NCBI GenBank assembly: GCA_004764695.1
Contig: SMSO01000031.1
Coordinates: 6,678,761 to 6,742,760 of the forward strand
Length of the DNA stretch: 64,000 bases
Reading direction: 5' to 3'
From: Schizochytrium sp. TIO01
Lineage: Eukaryota; Protista; Bigyra: Labyrinthulomycetes
The notes under the pieces are model-generated. The model did no database searches and had not been told where the DNA came from. It was given only the letters and a program-made list of their open reading frames with translations. The position numbers and the translations under genes were made by a program. Positions within the stretch are counted from its first letter, which is position 1. Every line of letters begins with the position of its first letter. This document shows positions 45,267-57,156 of this stretch, piece by piece.

Positions 45267-46424
45267 CTCGCCGATGAGACCAAGTACCCGCTGTACACGG
45301 TGGAGCAGCTCGGCGTCTGCAAGCTGACGGGAACGCCGAAGCAGCCGAGCTGGCTGTACTGTGAGCCACGCGTCGGTATCTTCTTCTTCGAATGCGAGCA
45401 CCTGCGCGGCAAGGCCGGATATGGCTTTCCCAAGGCTGAGGGCACGAAAAAGCTCTTCGAGTGGAAGAAGACCTCGTACATCAACGAGGTGCCCCGCGCG
45501 AAACCGCTGGTGTCTTACATCACTGCCAATGGCAAGCCGCGCAAGGTTGAAGGCAACCCGTACACCACGGGCTTTCGCATGCGCATCGTTAAGATTGCCA
45601 ACCCTGATCAGACACAGTATGGAAAACGTGCCAAGCAATTAGTCCTGTGCGACATTCGCGAAGCCCACGAGCTTGCGAAGCGCCAAGGCCCGCGGCCACC
45701 GAAGCGTGTTTCGAAATTCGATTCTTCTTCCACCGATGGCTACTCCATGCATGGATCTTCGCTTCACGGATCGCTTCAGGGCAGTCCACTCAGCACGCCC
45801 AGAAACAGTGGTTCTACAGCAGCAGCAGCAGCGGCTCGGTTACAGCAACAACAGCAGCAACAGCAGCAACAGCAGCAGCAGCAGCAGCATTACCTTCGGG
45901 CACAGCTTCTTCAGCATCAGCAGCAACAACAGCTGCAATCTCGCCAGCACCTCCACCAACATCAACACCAGCTTCAGCAACAACAGCACCACCACCACCA
46001 CCCGCATCAGCTTCAGCATCAGATGACGCAAGATGAGCGCCACGAGTGTGGAAATGGCCACCAAGACCATCTTCCGCAGCGACGCACCATGCCTGTGCAT
46101 TCTGTGCAGACGCCTCGGGACATGCCAGCTCCAAACTCTCGCAAGACTCCACCTTCGATCGACACAAGCCCGAAAGAAGTCGAGTCTCCCGTTTTTATTA
46201 CGGCCTCCACCCATCGGCCGTACCACCCGACGCCCGTTCAGCGTACCCAGCTCGTGCATCCTCACCCCACTCCGGCTTGGGCAGCTCGCGCAACGAGCGA
46301 CATGAACGCAATGCCCTTGTCTCCCCTGAAACGTCTTTCCATTCAGTCCCAAGAGGACGGCGCCAGTTTCGTCAATGGGTCCCCCAAGGGCTCCAAGATG
46401 CAGCGGCGCAGTGTTTGCCCATAG
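45267..46424 (+). CDS. Exon 2 of the putative transcription factor: basic CG-1-like domain, then poly-A/poly-Q/His tracts
   Basis: In frame with ORF 45300..46424. GC3-rich codons in the ordered domain; CAG/CAA poly-Q at 45843-46020. Confidence 0.8.
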   Translation, partial: LADETKYPLYTVEQLGVCKLTGTPKQPSWLYCEPRVGIFFFECEHLRGKAGYGFPKAEGTKKLFEWKKTSYINEVPRAKPLVSYITANGKPRKVEGNPYTTGFRMRIVKIANPDQTQYGKRAKQLVLCDIREAHELAKRQGPRPPKRVSKFDSSSTDGYSMHGSSLHGSLQGSPLSTPRNSGSTAAAAAARLQQQQQQQQQQQQQQQHYLRAQLLQHQQQQQLQSRQHLHQHQHQLQQQQHHHHHPHQLQHQMTQDERHECGNGHQDHLPQRRTMPVHSVQTPRDMPAPNSRKTPPSIDTSPKEVESPVFITASTHRPYHPTPVQRTQLVHPHPTPAWAARATSDMNAMPLSPLKRLSIQSQEDGASFVNGSPKGSKMQRRSVCP

Positions 46425-47565
46425 ATGAGTTCGTCTACACCATTCGCCTCGGAAGGCGTTTTTTTAATACGTTTGATCGAGACACAGAATTCTTGGACAA
46501 ACAGGAATCAAAAGAACAACTTATCAGAACATAAAAATACACCCTGCAATTGAATGAATGAGTTGAACAAAGCCTGTTCATGCACTAACCCGGTCACTAT
46601 ATCATTGATCTCCGCCTACACCTCGTTTTAATCTTTATTGAAGTGCATGCTTACGCAACACTGTTTCATAGAATTGGTATCCAGTCCACAACTGGTTATT
46701 TTGTTAATGCACACGTACACTAGCAATGCCTCTCGAGATTGTCGCCGCCGCACGTGCTTTGTTATGTCCTTCAGTTGGTTCGTTTTACATGGTACATGAG
46801 TTGAATAAACACCGAGTAGTAGTGGAAAGGTGTATTATTCTGGCCCATTTTCATAACAAACCTTAAGCCCTCTGTAAACATAAACATAAAGATTTTACAA
46901 CTACCTTTTCTAAATAGCCATTCCTCCTCTAGACACTATAATACTACCTTTTCTTGAGACATTATGAATATAACATTGCCCCATGATTGACTATTTACTC
47001 TTTTTCATTCGAAAATTGAAAGCCTGGCCCGTTGCGAGAAGCGATGTGTTCACAAGGTAGCTTACATTTTAAAAACAAAATAATAGTGACCCTTCGCAAG
47101 GAAGAAAACGCAATTAGCTATGGTTCCCAAATCGATTCCAAGGCCATGTAATCATGTGTACAATAGAGCCTACCAGCAATGTAGAGAATACAATCTAATC
47201 AACTAAATACTTGAGTACACGTCCTAGTAAATCTCAACTGCTCGACTTTGATCGATTGAATTATCCTAGGATAGAGTAGGTAGGTGTCTAGGTATTGATT
47301 TTGCTTAAGAAATTGAAATTGTGAATTTTGCGCAATTTGGCTTATCTCATCGACATGTAAACAATATATACAAGTGAAGAAAATCAATAAGGTTCTGAAA
47401 GATTAGATTGCAAAATGAAAACTTGACCTTTCACATTTTCGAGAGCAGAAGTACAAATCAAATGAGATGATTTTACTTGATTTACTGCCAAATAGTTCCT
47501 CATAAGTTTTATAGTCACCATCAGCAAGATACAAATAACAATATGCAGATTATATTATTCTTAAG

Positions 47566-49311
47566 TTAAAGCTCATTTAGAACGATGCCAGCTGCGTTAC
47601 GTCCAGGGGCACCCATGACACCACCGCCAGGGTGAGTTCCAGCAGATGCCATGTACAGTCCCTTCACAGGAGAACGGTGGTCATGGAATCCTGGAGCAGG
47701 ACGTGAAAAACCGAGTTGATGCAGGGCCAATGCACTGTGAAAGATGTTTCCACGAGGAAGACCAAACACCTGCTCAAGGTCAAGTGGGCTCAGTGCGTCC
47801 ATACCAACGATAGAGTTCTTGAATCCAGGAGCAAATTCCTCCACAATGTTTAGTACACGGTCAATAAATTCTTGCTTGAATTGAGGATCGGCCCACGAAG
47901 CACCCTCCAGGTCATACGGAGCAAACTGAACAAAGAGTTGGGCCACATGATGACCAGGAGTGTCAACGAGAGTGTGATCCACCACAGAAGGCAAGGTCAT
48001 TTCAATCACTGGGCGGGTAGCAGGGCGGCCCTGGCTTGCTTCACGGAAAGCATTGTGGATATCATCAGGATGAGCCTCGAAATGAATGGTACCGCGGTGC
48101 TGAGGGCCAGGCTTTCCATCGACGTTTGGGCAGCACAAGAAGTCAGGAATCTTGTTGATAGCCAAATTAATTTTGAACGCTCCACACGTAGCATCCTGAT
48201 CCAGTACACGCTTACGAAACGGCTTCATATCCTCCGGGAGGGCTTCAGGCAAGAGATCCTTCAAAAGATGCTGCGGAGCACAGCCTGCTACAACTGCACG
48301 TGCCTTGATTAGCGTGCCATCCTCAAGACGGACACCAGTCACACGTGTACCATCTTCCGTGAGATCAACTCCTTTCACCTTAGCATCAGTGACGATTTTG
48401 GCGCCATGGGCCTCGGCACAGCCCTTGAGAGAGTTGGAGATCATTCCCATGCCACCACGTACGTAAGCCCAAGTACCCGGGCGGCCGTTGACTTCTCCCA
48501 TGACATGGTGAAGCAATACATAAGCTGAGCCAATGTCGCGTGGTGAAAGAAGCGCACCAATGACAGCATCCGTGGCGAGAGTAGTTTTTAGGATACTGCT
48601 CTCAAACCATCGATCGAGAATGGTGATTGCAGGACTGAGAAAGACTTCATATGCCTCCTGCATGGATCGCGGCGAAAGATGCGGCAGGAGCTCTTTGAAA
48701 ATCTTAAATGATCGGCTAACGTCGGCGCGAGATTGCAGGGGCCAGTTCGGCAACGGGTTATCGAGGAGTGGAACCACGATCCTCCGCACTCGAGCAAGCA
48801 TCTCCTCATAATCTTCAAACCGATCAGCATCCTGCTTGGAGAATTGTGCGATAGACTCGTAGTTTGCCTTGCTATCGGCACCAAGCATAAGATATTTCCC
48901 CTTGTTGACTGAGTCTGTGCTCAGCGTCGGAGTAAACGATGAAGGGTCGCGGTCAAGATATTCGAGTCCATATTTTTTTAGTTCGAGCTCTTCAATAATA
49001 CGAGGGCGGAGAAGTCCTGCCAAATAAGACGCCCGACTAAATCTGTAACCAGGCACAATCTCTTCCGTTACAGCAGCTCCACCCACCATAGGCCGTCGCT
49101 CAAGCACAAGAACACGCTTGCCAGCCTTGGCCAAGTATGCTGCTGTAGTCAATCCATTGTGACCAGCGCCCACCACGACCACGTCGTAATCTTCTGCCGG
49201 TACTGCTGTGGACGTAAAGCTGCGAGACACATTCTTACCGTTTAACGCTTTGCGCTGCGAGAGTTGAGCAAGACGGGACTTGCTCGCACGGGCCCCAGCA
49301 ATCATTTGCAT
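47566..49311 (-). CDS. PYROXD2: PYROXD2-like FAD-dependent oxidoreductase (phytoene dehydrogenase-like family), mitochondrial presequence
   Basis: VVGAGHNGLTTAAYLA, GGAAVTEE, FSRASY...LLRP, YVLLHHVMG, GNIFH and HPGGGVMGAPGRNAA. Confidence 0.92.
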   Translation of the reverse strand: MQMIAGARASKSRLAQLSQRKALNGKNVSRSFTSTAVPAEDYDVVVVGAGHNGLTTAAYLAKAGKRVLVLERRPMVGGAAVTEEIVPGYRFSRASYLAGLLRPRIIEELELKKYGLEYLDRDPSSFTPTLSTDSVNKGKYLMLGADSKANYESIAQFSKQDADRFEDYEEMLARVRRIVVPLLDNPLPNWPLQSRADVSRSFKIFKELLPHLSPRSMQEAYEVFLSPAITILDRWFESSILKTTLATDAVIGALLSPRDIGSAYVLLHHVMGEVNGRPGTWAYVRGGMGMISNSLKGCAEAHGAKIVTDAKVKGVDLTEDGTRVTGVRLEDGTLIKARAVVAGCAPQHLLKDLLPEALPEDMKPFRKRVLDQDATCGAFKINLAINKIPDFLCCPNVDGKPGPQHRGTIHFEAHPDDIHNAFREASQGRPATRPVIEMTLPSVVDHTLVDTPGHHVAQLFVQFAPYDLEGASWADPQFKQEFIDRVLNIVEEFAPGFKNSIVGMDALSPLDLEQVFGLPRGNIFHSALALHQLGFSRPAPGFHDHRSPVKGLYMASAGTHPGGGVMGAPGRNAAGIVLNEL

Positions 49312-52080
49312 GCTTAAAGTCCACGTTCACTGTTGCAAATGTGCTCCAGATCTGGCTGAATTATGTCTTCGAAGACCTTGACCCACGATTGTTCCAGGCA
49401 CACCCAAAATCAACACCCAGTCCCAACGAAGAATTCGGCGGCCAAGTATTGGCAACACTCCTGTGCTAAACCGCTGCGGCCTATTCCAGGTTTGCTTCTA
49501 CAGCTGCTCTTCCCGTCAAGACGTTTTACTTCTTCTTTGTTTTTGCGTTGACCGATACAGCGACACGGAAGGTTTCCACCACGTCCTCCTTCTCGTTGCA
49601 GTTCTGGTCCTAGCAGTCAAGACTCAAGATACAAAAAAAAGTTATATCCAACGGGCTACACCCCGTTGCTAAGTTAGGCTGCAGGTGAAAACGCAAATTG
49701 TCTGCGTTATCAGATCCTCTCCGCGAACGTGCCGTGAGCAACCCAACAATCTGCGAACACCCTCGGTTTGAGGGTCCGGACGAGGGGATTTGGACTTCCG
49801 CAAAGTTGATGAAAATCCCATGCTTGTCGTGCACAACCCATTTTTGTACATTTGTTGCACTTGTTAGAGGAGCTTTCGCTAGCAAATTGGTAGCTCGCAT
49901 AGCTACAACGAGGGAGCCATAAGAGTCACCTACTGTTGAAGTTAAGGACTGCGCTTGTTGCAATTCTAAGAGCACCTGCTTGTAAGCTGCAGTGAGGAAC
50001 TAAACTACTACAGTGTTGTTAGAATTCAAGCTCGGAGCCTCCGGGCCTGGACCGCTTTGCAAATTAACAACCTCCATGAACCGCGGAGTGGTAGATAACT
50101 TGGGCTGCTCGGATTTGAGATATCTTCTTCAAGTTCCCTTGGTTTTCTGTTCTTGTAGCAAACAAGCTGAAGCAATCATTCGGATCCACTTAGGGCGTCT
50201 TCCCAATTTGAGAAGAGGGTAGGACGCTAGCTACCTGCCCATCATGTTGAACCTGAAGTTAAAGCTCAAGTTCGTTACAGATATTTTACAACATCTGAGC
50301 CGGCGCTGACAGAGTGTATAAACTCTAAACTAAAACCCGTCGTGCAAACTTTAACAATTGATCGCTATGATTAAAAGTGGATTTGGACATAGTTTATCAG
50401 TGAAAGCACAGATCACCATGGTATCGGACACGATATAAGGACCAACACTACTACTGCAACCAAGGAGACATGCATTAAATTTCACACACGATGATGGTCA
50501 AGATAGCATTGAGAGGCAAACATGCACATTATGATGCTAAATGTGATTTAAACTAACTCTCGGAAGCAAAACCATTTACTATGAGCCCTTTATGAAAGTC
50601 AAGTCGGGCGGCTCACTGAGTTCCGACCTACCATAACAGCTCAACTTCATGCGCAAAAGGCGTTTATCAACATCAGTGTCACAAAAACACACACTCCATA
50701 TTCCTAAAACTGCGTTGCGCAGTCGCTCCCATATTATCCGTTTCAAAACGTATTAATTCCAACGTTATTCATAAAGACGTTTCGATTTACACACGTGCTA
50801 ACTCGTGCGCTCTCGTGCACGATATGGAAGTTGGCAATACCGTGCACGAAATATACGTGGCGCTGCGCCCGCAGGTTATCCACCTTAATGTTGGCAGATA
50901 TATCTTTGCACAGACATAGCGCAAGCGGGTCTTTTAAGGCTCAAATCTGTATCTTTGGGGAAAGGGCAGTCTTATGATCTACCTATGCCAAACATTAGCA
51001 CTTGTATCAGTTCGAGCTCCAGAAGAAGTGCTATCAACGCCAGCTCATCCCCTCTTACCGTTGGCGTAGGGAGTCCTATGGGATGCTATATCTTATAGTT
51101 CATCGATCATCATTAAATTTGCAATTTGTTTATTACATTGTTTTATGATTAACTAAAACAGTTTTGTGCTGTGTTCTCCGTAGAAGAATAGAGAAGAAAG
51201 AAGAAGAAGAAGAAGAAGACATAAGGACGGCCTCGGAAGCCTCGCTGGCAACTTGTGCGATTCTGTGATGGGTCTCGGAACTGTGAAGGTAGATGGACAC
51301 TGGTACAGAGAGCAGCGGCTCAGTTGAGAGGGTATGGTGGAGGCGATTTGGTCGATTGCAATGTGAAGGCATCTCAAAGTCGTGTTTCGTAGGGGCATCG
51401 ACGATATTTTACAGCGTCATATCTATTGGAAATACAGAGAGCGATTCATGATAGAATTTTTATTTATTAGATTTTTAAAAGGAAAGAAAGAGAGAAAGAA
51501 AGAAAGAAAGAAAGATTTACTATGTGTTTTCTACTAGGGATGACTAAGAGGGAGCGTAGCACTATGTACTATCTGCGTTAACAAAAGAAGGGCAAAGTAG
51601 AGGATAATAAATTAGCTAACAGCAGAGAAGACGATCAAAATCAAACTTCGCTTCGATCAGTCGTGGATCGAAGCCGACGGCGCTTGTATCTTCGAGGCGC
51701 GTCGAGGCAGAGCAAGCTTATTCAGAGCAGGGCGGCGGCGTGATCCTCGCCTGCTGTCTCTCTCGTCGCGGCGGAGCTTAGAGCGGCGATCGAGGCCCTC
51801 CTACCTCGGTCGGCTTCTCTGGGTTTCTCTCGATCTCCATACCCGTACAACAGAGGGAAGAAGTCTGAGGACATCTTCACTCTACAACTCAATCTCAACT
51901 TCAATCCCCATCTTGGTCTCTGTTGCCGGATCTGATTTGGCGTGAGGGCCAGGTCCATCTCAATTGACCTTGATCTCTGAAGATCTGATTCAATAATCTT
52001 GGACGACCAAGAAGAACAATAAGAAGAGATTTAGTCCTCTCGCTGTCTGTAGTTTTGCTGTTTGGATCAAAGTAGTCAAG

Positions 52081-55000
52081 ATGGCGCAGCAACTCCCAAT
52101 TCACTTCACGGAGCGCCTGAACCTGTCGGCGCAGGGCGTGAACCCTTCGTCGCTGCGTTTTGGCGAGCTCACAATGGAGTCCGACAACTTCATCCTCATC
52201 CGCGAGACTGGTTCTGATGGTAAGCAAGTGCTCACTACCGTAGATCTCAATGCCGGAGGCCAAATGCAGAGACGTCCTATCGCTGCTGAGGCCGCCATCA
52301 TGAACCCTGTCGGCCGTGAAATTGCTCTTCGCGGTGGTCAAAACCTGCAGATCTTCAACACGGAGACCCGAACGAAAATGAAGTCCTTCAAGCTTCCTGA
52401 GGGCACCGAAATTAAGTTCTGGCGTTGGATCAATCGCACAACCGTGGCATTTGTGACAGCGACTTCTGTGTACCATTGGAGCATGGAGGGCTCCGAGGAC
52501 CCCAAGAAGATCTTCGATCGCCACGCAAGTTTCCCTCGGAACGCACAAGTCATCAACTACAAAGCGAGCGACGACGACAAGTGGCTGCTCATTGTTGGCA
52601 TCTCCAAGGGCGATGATGGCAAGGTTATGGGTAGCATGCAACTATACTCCGTCGAACGCAAGGTCAGCCAGCCTCTGCAGGGCTTTGCAGGCAGCTTCAC
52701 CACTATCTTCAAGGACGGTCACTCTCGCAACATGTTCTGCTTTGTAGAGAAGAAACCCAACTCCCCCTTCAAGCTCTACTGCATGGAGGTCGGCAAGGAC
52801 AAGGATGCTCCGGGAGGCGTCTTCAAGCTGCCTCCTCGGGATATTGCCTTCCCCGCCGATGCCCCGGACGACTTTCCCGTTGCATTGATCGCAAGCCGTA
52901 AGTATGATGTCCTGCATCTCATTACCAAGATGGGATACCTGTACCTGCACGACATTCACTCCGGAAACCTCATCTTTTGCAACCGCATTACTGCCGATAC
53001 TGTTTTCGTTTCTACGCCGATGAGCGACGGCTCAGGAGTCCTCGGAGTCACTTCTGGCAAAGGCCAAGTGCTCCAGGTCTCTATCAACGAGCAGACCCTC
53101 ATCCCGTATCTTCTGGCCCAAGGGAACCAGAGTCAGCTCGCTATGGAGCTTGCAGGGCGCCTTAACCTTCCTGGTGCTGGCGAGATGTACGTTGGCGAGT
53201 TCAACCGCTTGTTCCAATCAGGAGACTACAAGGGAGCAGCAAGAGTCGCAGCAGCATCGGGACAATCCTTGCGAACCCAGGAGACGATCAACAAATTTCT
53301 GCAGATTCCTCAACAACAGGGCCAGCCGCAGCCCGTGCTCATGTATTTTAGCACCCTGCTCGAGAAGGGCAAGCTCAATGTGATTGAAACGCTCGAACTC
53401 GCACGAAGGGTGCTCCAGCAGGGACGCCAGAACATGCTCGAGAACTGGCTCAAGGAGGACAAGCTCGAGTGCAGTGAGGAGCTTGGAGATATGGTGATTC
53501 AGTCAGACCCCAAGATGGCCCTCAGCATCTACCTCAGGGCAAATGTTCCTGAGAAGGTTGTACAGTGCTTTGTGCTCACTGGAGACTTTGCCAAAATTGT
53601 GCCGTACTCGGTGAAGGTCGGGTACCAGCCAGATTACATTCTCATGCTTCAGAACCTTGTGCGTCAGAACCCCAAGGCTGCAGAGGACTTCGCCAAAAAC
53701 CTTGTCAACAATGAGGGAGGTCGTCTCGTCGATGTCGGCATGGTTGTCGATGTATTTATGCAGCTCAACCGCATTCAGGAGACCACTTCATTCTTGCTTG
53801 ATGCACTCAAGGGTAACCGTGCTGACGAGGGACACCTACAGACGCGTCTGCTTGAGATCAACCTTTTGGGCGGCGCACCCCAGGTTGCCGATGCGATCTT
53901 TGCGAGTGAGATGTTCTCTTACTACGATCGTGCTCACATCGCGCGCCTCTGCGAGAAGTCTGGTCTTTACCAGCGCGCCCTCGAGCTTTACACTGACATT
54001 GAGGACATCAAGCGTGTGATTGTCAACACCCAGGCGATTTCAGCTGGCTTTCTTGTGGACTTCTTCGGTACCCTTACTGGCGAGAACTGCATTGAGTGTC
54101 TCAACGTCCTCATGATGCACAACATCAAGGCCAACCTTCAGCTCGTCGTGCAAGCCGCGACGAAGTACGCCGAACAGCTTGGAGCCTCTGAACTCATCAA
54201 GCTCTTCGAGTCCTACAAGTCTTACGAGGGTCTTTACTACTTCTGTGGCTCTATTATCCATGTCTCTCAGGACCCGGATGTGCACTTCAAGTACATCGAG
54301 GCTGCTGCCAAGATGGGCCAATTCGATGCTGTCATCCGCCAGTGCCGTGAGTCCCAGTACTACGATCCCGAAAAGGTCAAGGAGTTCCTCCTTTTGGAGA
54401 ACATGCAGGATCCGCGCCCTCTCATCCACGTCTGTGATCGCCACGGATACATTGCTGAACTCACCAGTTACTTGTACTCCAAGAACCTTACTAAGCACAT
54501 TGAGGTTTACGTGCAGAAGGTTTCCCCGCAGCGTACCCCTGAGGTGATCGGTAAGCTCCTTGACTTGGACTGTGACGAGGCCTTTATCAAGAGCCTGCTT
54601 GAGTCTGTTCGTAACATGTGCCCTGTGGCTGAGCTCGTGAGCCAGGTCGAAGAGCGCAACCGCCTTCGCATGCTCCAGCCCTTCCTTGAACAGCGCGTTG
54701 CTGAGGGAAACACTGAGGTCGCTACTCACAATGCCATTGGTAAGATTTACGTGACCATTAACAAGGACCCTGCAGAGTGGCTCCAGAACAACCAGTTCTA
54801 CGACTCCAAGGAGGTTGGTAAGTTCTGTGAGAAGCTCGACCCGTACCTTGCCTTCCTTGCCTACAAGCGTGCCTGGGGCTCCTGCGACGACGAGCTCATT
54901 GAGGTCACCAACGCAAACGAGCTCTTTAAGGATCAGGCTCGTTACTGCGTCGAGCGCCAGGACATGGGTCTTTGGGAGCGCGTTCTCCGTAACGACAACC

Positions 55001-57156
55001 CGCACCGCCGCCGTGTTATTGACGAGACCGTGCAGACTGCTCTCCCCGAGTCTAAGAACCCGGACGAGGTTTCTCTCACCGTCAAGGCGTTCATGACCGC
55101 CGAGCTCCCGAACGAGTTGATTGAGCTCCTTGAAAAGATTGTTCTTCAGGGTTCTGAATTCTCTGACAACCGCAACCTTCAGAACCTTCTCATCCTCACT
55201 GCCATCAAGGCTGACAGTGGTCGTGTGATGGATTACATCCACCGTCTTGACAACTTTGATGCTGCTGATATTGCCAAGATCGCCTGCTCTGAGCAGTACC
55301 AACTCTTCGAGGAGGCCTACGAAATCTTCAAGAAGAGCAAGCTTAACGTGGACGCCATCGATGTTTTGCTCAACCACATGGAGGACCTCGATCGTGGTGT
55401 CGAGTTTGCCGAGCGCTGCGATGAGAGTGAGGTATGGAGCCACCTTGCCAAGGCACAGCTCGATGCCAACCTCATCCCCGATGCTATCAACAGCTACATC
55501 AAGGCTGACGACCCTACCGATGGGTACAAGGAGGTTGTCGAGGCTGCTAAGCGCGAGGACAAGTGGGCCGATTTGGTGCGCTTCCTCAAGATGGCCCGTA
55601 CCAAACTCAAGGACCGCTTCCTTGACAGCGAACTCGTCTTTGCTTACGCCCGTACCAGTGACCTTGCTGAGCTCGAGACCTTTGTCACAGCCCCTAACCT
55701 CGCCGACATTCAGGCCTGTGGTGACCGCTGCTTCGACCAGGGCCTCTTCGAGGCTGCCAAGATCCTCTTCAACGCCGCATCCAACAACGCCAAGTTGGCC
55801 AGCTGTAACTTGCAGCTTGGTCTCTTCAAGGAGGCTGTCGATGCTGCTCGCAAGGCAAACTCTGTGAAGACGTGGAAGGAGGTCTCTGCCGCTTGTTTGG
55901 CCGCTGGCGAGACCAAGCTTGCTGGTGTCGCTGGTTTGAACATTGTCACCCGCCCGGATCACGTTGAAGATCTTATCTCCGAGTACGAGCGCCGTGGTTT
56001 GATCGATGAGCTTCTCTCCCTCATGGAGCAAGGCCTTGGTCTTGAGGCCGCCCACGCCGGTGTGTTCACTGAGCTTGCCGTGCTCTACTCTAAATACAAG
56101 CCCGAAGCCCTTATGGACCACTTGAAGGTGTACTCGCGCCGCTGCAACGCACCCAAGGTGCTTCGCGCATGTAACAAGGCTCGCTTGTACGAGGAAGCGT
56201 GCTACCTCATGCTTGAGACCGAGGACTATGATTCGGCTCTTAACCTCATGATGGAACACCCGGAGACAGCCTGGGAGGATGACAAGTTCCGTGACACTGC
56301 CACTAAGGTTCGCAACCGCGAACTCTGGTACAAGGGTGGTGCCATTCCCTTCTATCTCAAGTATGCCCCGATGAAGCTGAACAAACTTCTCCTTCAGCTC
56401 AAGGAGATCGACCATTCGCGCGTAGTGCAGGTCATCCGCCAGGCTGACAACCTTCCCCTTATCATGGACTACTTGAAGGCCGTGCAGAAGGAGAATATTG
56501 CGTCTGTTAACGAGGCTATCAACGAGGTTCTTGTCGAGGACGAGAACTACGAGGCTCTTCGTGAGAGCGTTGACGAGCATGACAACTTTGACCAGATTGC
56601 TCTTGCCAAGAAATTAGAGAAGCATGAACTTATTGAGATGAAGCGTATTGCATGCCATCTTTTCAACAAAAATAAACGCTTTGCCGACAGTGTTCGCCTC
56701 GCAAAGCAGCTCAAGCTCTACAAGGACGCTATCAAGGCTGCCGCTGAGTCTCGCGAGGAGGCTGTTGTCGAGGAGCTCTTGCAGTTCTTTGTGGCAATCA
56801 ACGACCGCGAGGCCTTTGCCGCTACTCTTTACGAGGCCTACGATCTAGTTCGTCCTGATCTGGTCTTGGAGCTTGCCTGGCGTAATCAGCTCACTGATAT
56901 GGCCATGCCATTTATCATTCAGTACGTCTCAGACCTTACTGACCGCGTCAAGAAACTTGAGGAGGCCGCCAAGCCTGCCGAACAGGACCAGCAGCAGGGT
57001 GGCCAGGTACAGGAGACATACATGTCCGGCCCCATGATGATTGCTAACTCAGCCTACAACCCCGGCATGGCCCAGCAGCAGCAGTACATGATGCAGCCGA
57101 ACCAAGGAATGATGCCGAATGGAATGGGTTATGGCCAGCACAACTACCAAATGTAA
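52081..57156 (+). CDS. CLTC: Clathrin heavy chain
   Basis: 1691 aa with LPIHF.E, TMESD, RRPIAAEAAIMNP, MQLYSVERKVSQ, DFPVA, KLECSEELGD, FKYIEAA, NLQNLLILTAIKAD and LELAWRN. Confidence 0.99.
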   Translation: MAQQLPIHFTERLNLSAQGVNPSSLRFGELTMESDNFILIRETGSDGKQVLTTVDLNAGGQMQRRPIAAEAAIMNPVGREIALRGGQNLQIFNTETRTKMKSFKLPEGTEIKFWRWINRTTVAFVTATSVYHWSMEGSEDPKKIFDRHASFPRNAQVINYKASDDDKWLLIVGISKGDDGKVMGSMQLYSVERKVSQPLQGFAGSFTTIFKDGHSRNMFCFVEKKPNSPFKLYCMEVGKDKDAPGGVFKLPPRDIAFPADAPDDFPVALIASRKYDVLHLITKMGYLYLHDIHSGNLIFCNRITADTVFVSTPMSDGSGVLGVTSGKGQVLQVSINEQTLIPYLLAQGNQSQLAMELAGRLNLPGAGEMYVGEFNRLFQSGDYKGAARVAAASGQSLRTQETINKFLQIPQQQGQPQPVLMYFSTLLEKGKLNVIETLELARRVLQQGRQNMLENWLKEDKLECSEELGDMVIQSDPKMALSIYLRANVPEKVVQCFVLTGDFAKIVPYSVKVGYQPDYILMLQNLVRQNPKAAEDFAKNLVNNEGGRLVDVGMVVDVFMQLNRIQETTSFLLDALKGNRADEGHLQTRLLEINLLGGAPQVADAIFASEMFSYYDRAHIARLCEKSGLYQRALELYTDIEDIKRVIVNTQAISAGFLVDFFGTLTGENCIECLNVLMMHNIKANLQLVVQAATKYAEQLGASELIKLFESYKSYEGLYYFCGSIIHVSQDPDVHFKYIEAAAKMGQFDAVIRQCRESQYYDPEKVKEFLLLENMQDPRPLIHVCDRHGYIAELTSYLYSKNLTKHIEVYVQKVSPQRTPEVIGKLLDLDCDEAFIKSLLESVRNMCPVAELVSQVEERNRLRMLQPFLEQRVAEGNTEVATHNAIGKIYVTINKDPAEWLQNNQFYDSKEVGKFCEKLDPYLAFLAYKRAWGSCDDELIEVTNANELFKDQARYCVERQDMGLWERVLRNDNPHRRRVIDETVQTALPESKNPDEVSLTVKAFMTAELPNELIELLEKIVLQGSEFSDNRNLQNLLILTAIKADSGRVMDYIHRLDNFDAADIAKIACSEQYQLFEEAYEIFKKSKLNVDAIDVLLNHMEDLDRGVEFAERCDESEVWSHLAKAQLDANLIPDAINSYIKADDPTDGYKEVVEAAKREDKWADLVRFLKMARTKLKDRFLDSELVFAYARTSDLAELETFVTAPNLADIQACGDRCFDQGLFEAAKILFNAASNNAKLASCNLQLGLFKEAVDAARKANSVKTWKEVSAACLAAGETKLAGVAGLNIVTRPDHVEDLISEYERRGLIDELLSLMEQGLGLEAAHAGVFTELAVLYSKYKPEALMDHLKVYSRRCNAPKVLRACNKARLYEEACYLMLETEDYDSALNLMMEHPETAWEDDKFRDTATKVRNRELWYKGGAIPFYLKYAPMKLNKLLLQLKEIDHSRVVQVIRQADNLPLIMDYLKAVQKENIASVNEAINEVLVEDENYEALRESVDEHDNFDQIALAKKLEKHELIEMKRIACHLFNKNKRFADSVRLAKQLKLYKDAIKAAAESREEAVVEELLQFFVAINDREAFAATLYEAYDLVRPDLVLELAWRNQLTDMAMPFIIQYVSDLTDRVKKLEEAAKPAEQDQQQGGQVQETYMSGPMMIANSAYNPGMAQQQQYMMQPNQGMMPNGMGYGQHNYQM

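Noticed and set aside
51650-51674. 9-bp inverted repeat GCTTCGATC/GATCGAAGC upstream of clathrin
   Set aside because: Short, and GATC/TCGA words are common in this window; no supporting context.
54040-56580. 846-aa antisense ORF inside clathrin heavy chain
   Set aside because: It is the codon-aligned shadow of a highly biased gene. The sense strand rarely uses TTA/CTA/TCA, so antisense stops are absent. No recognisable motifs.
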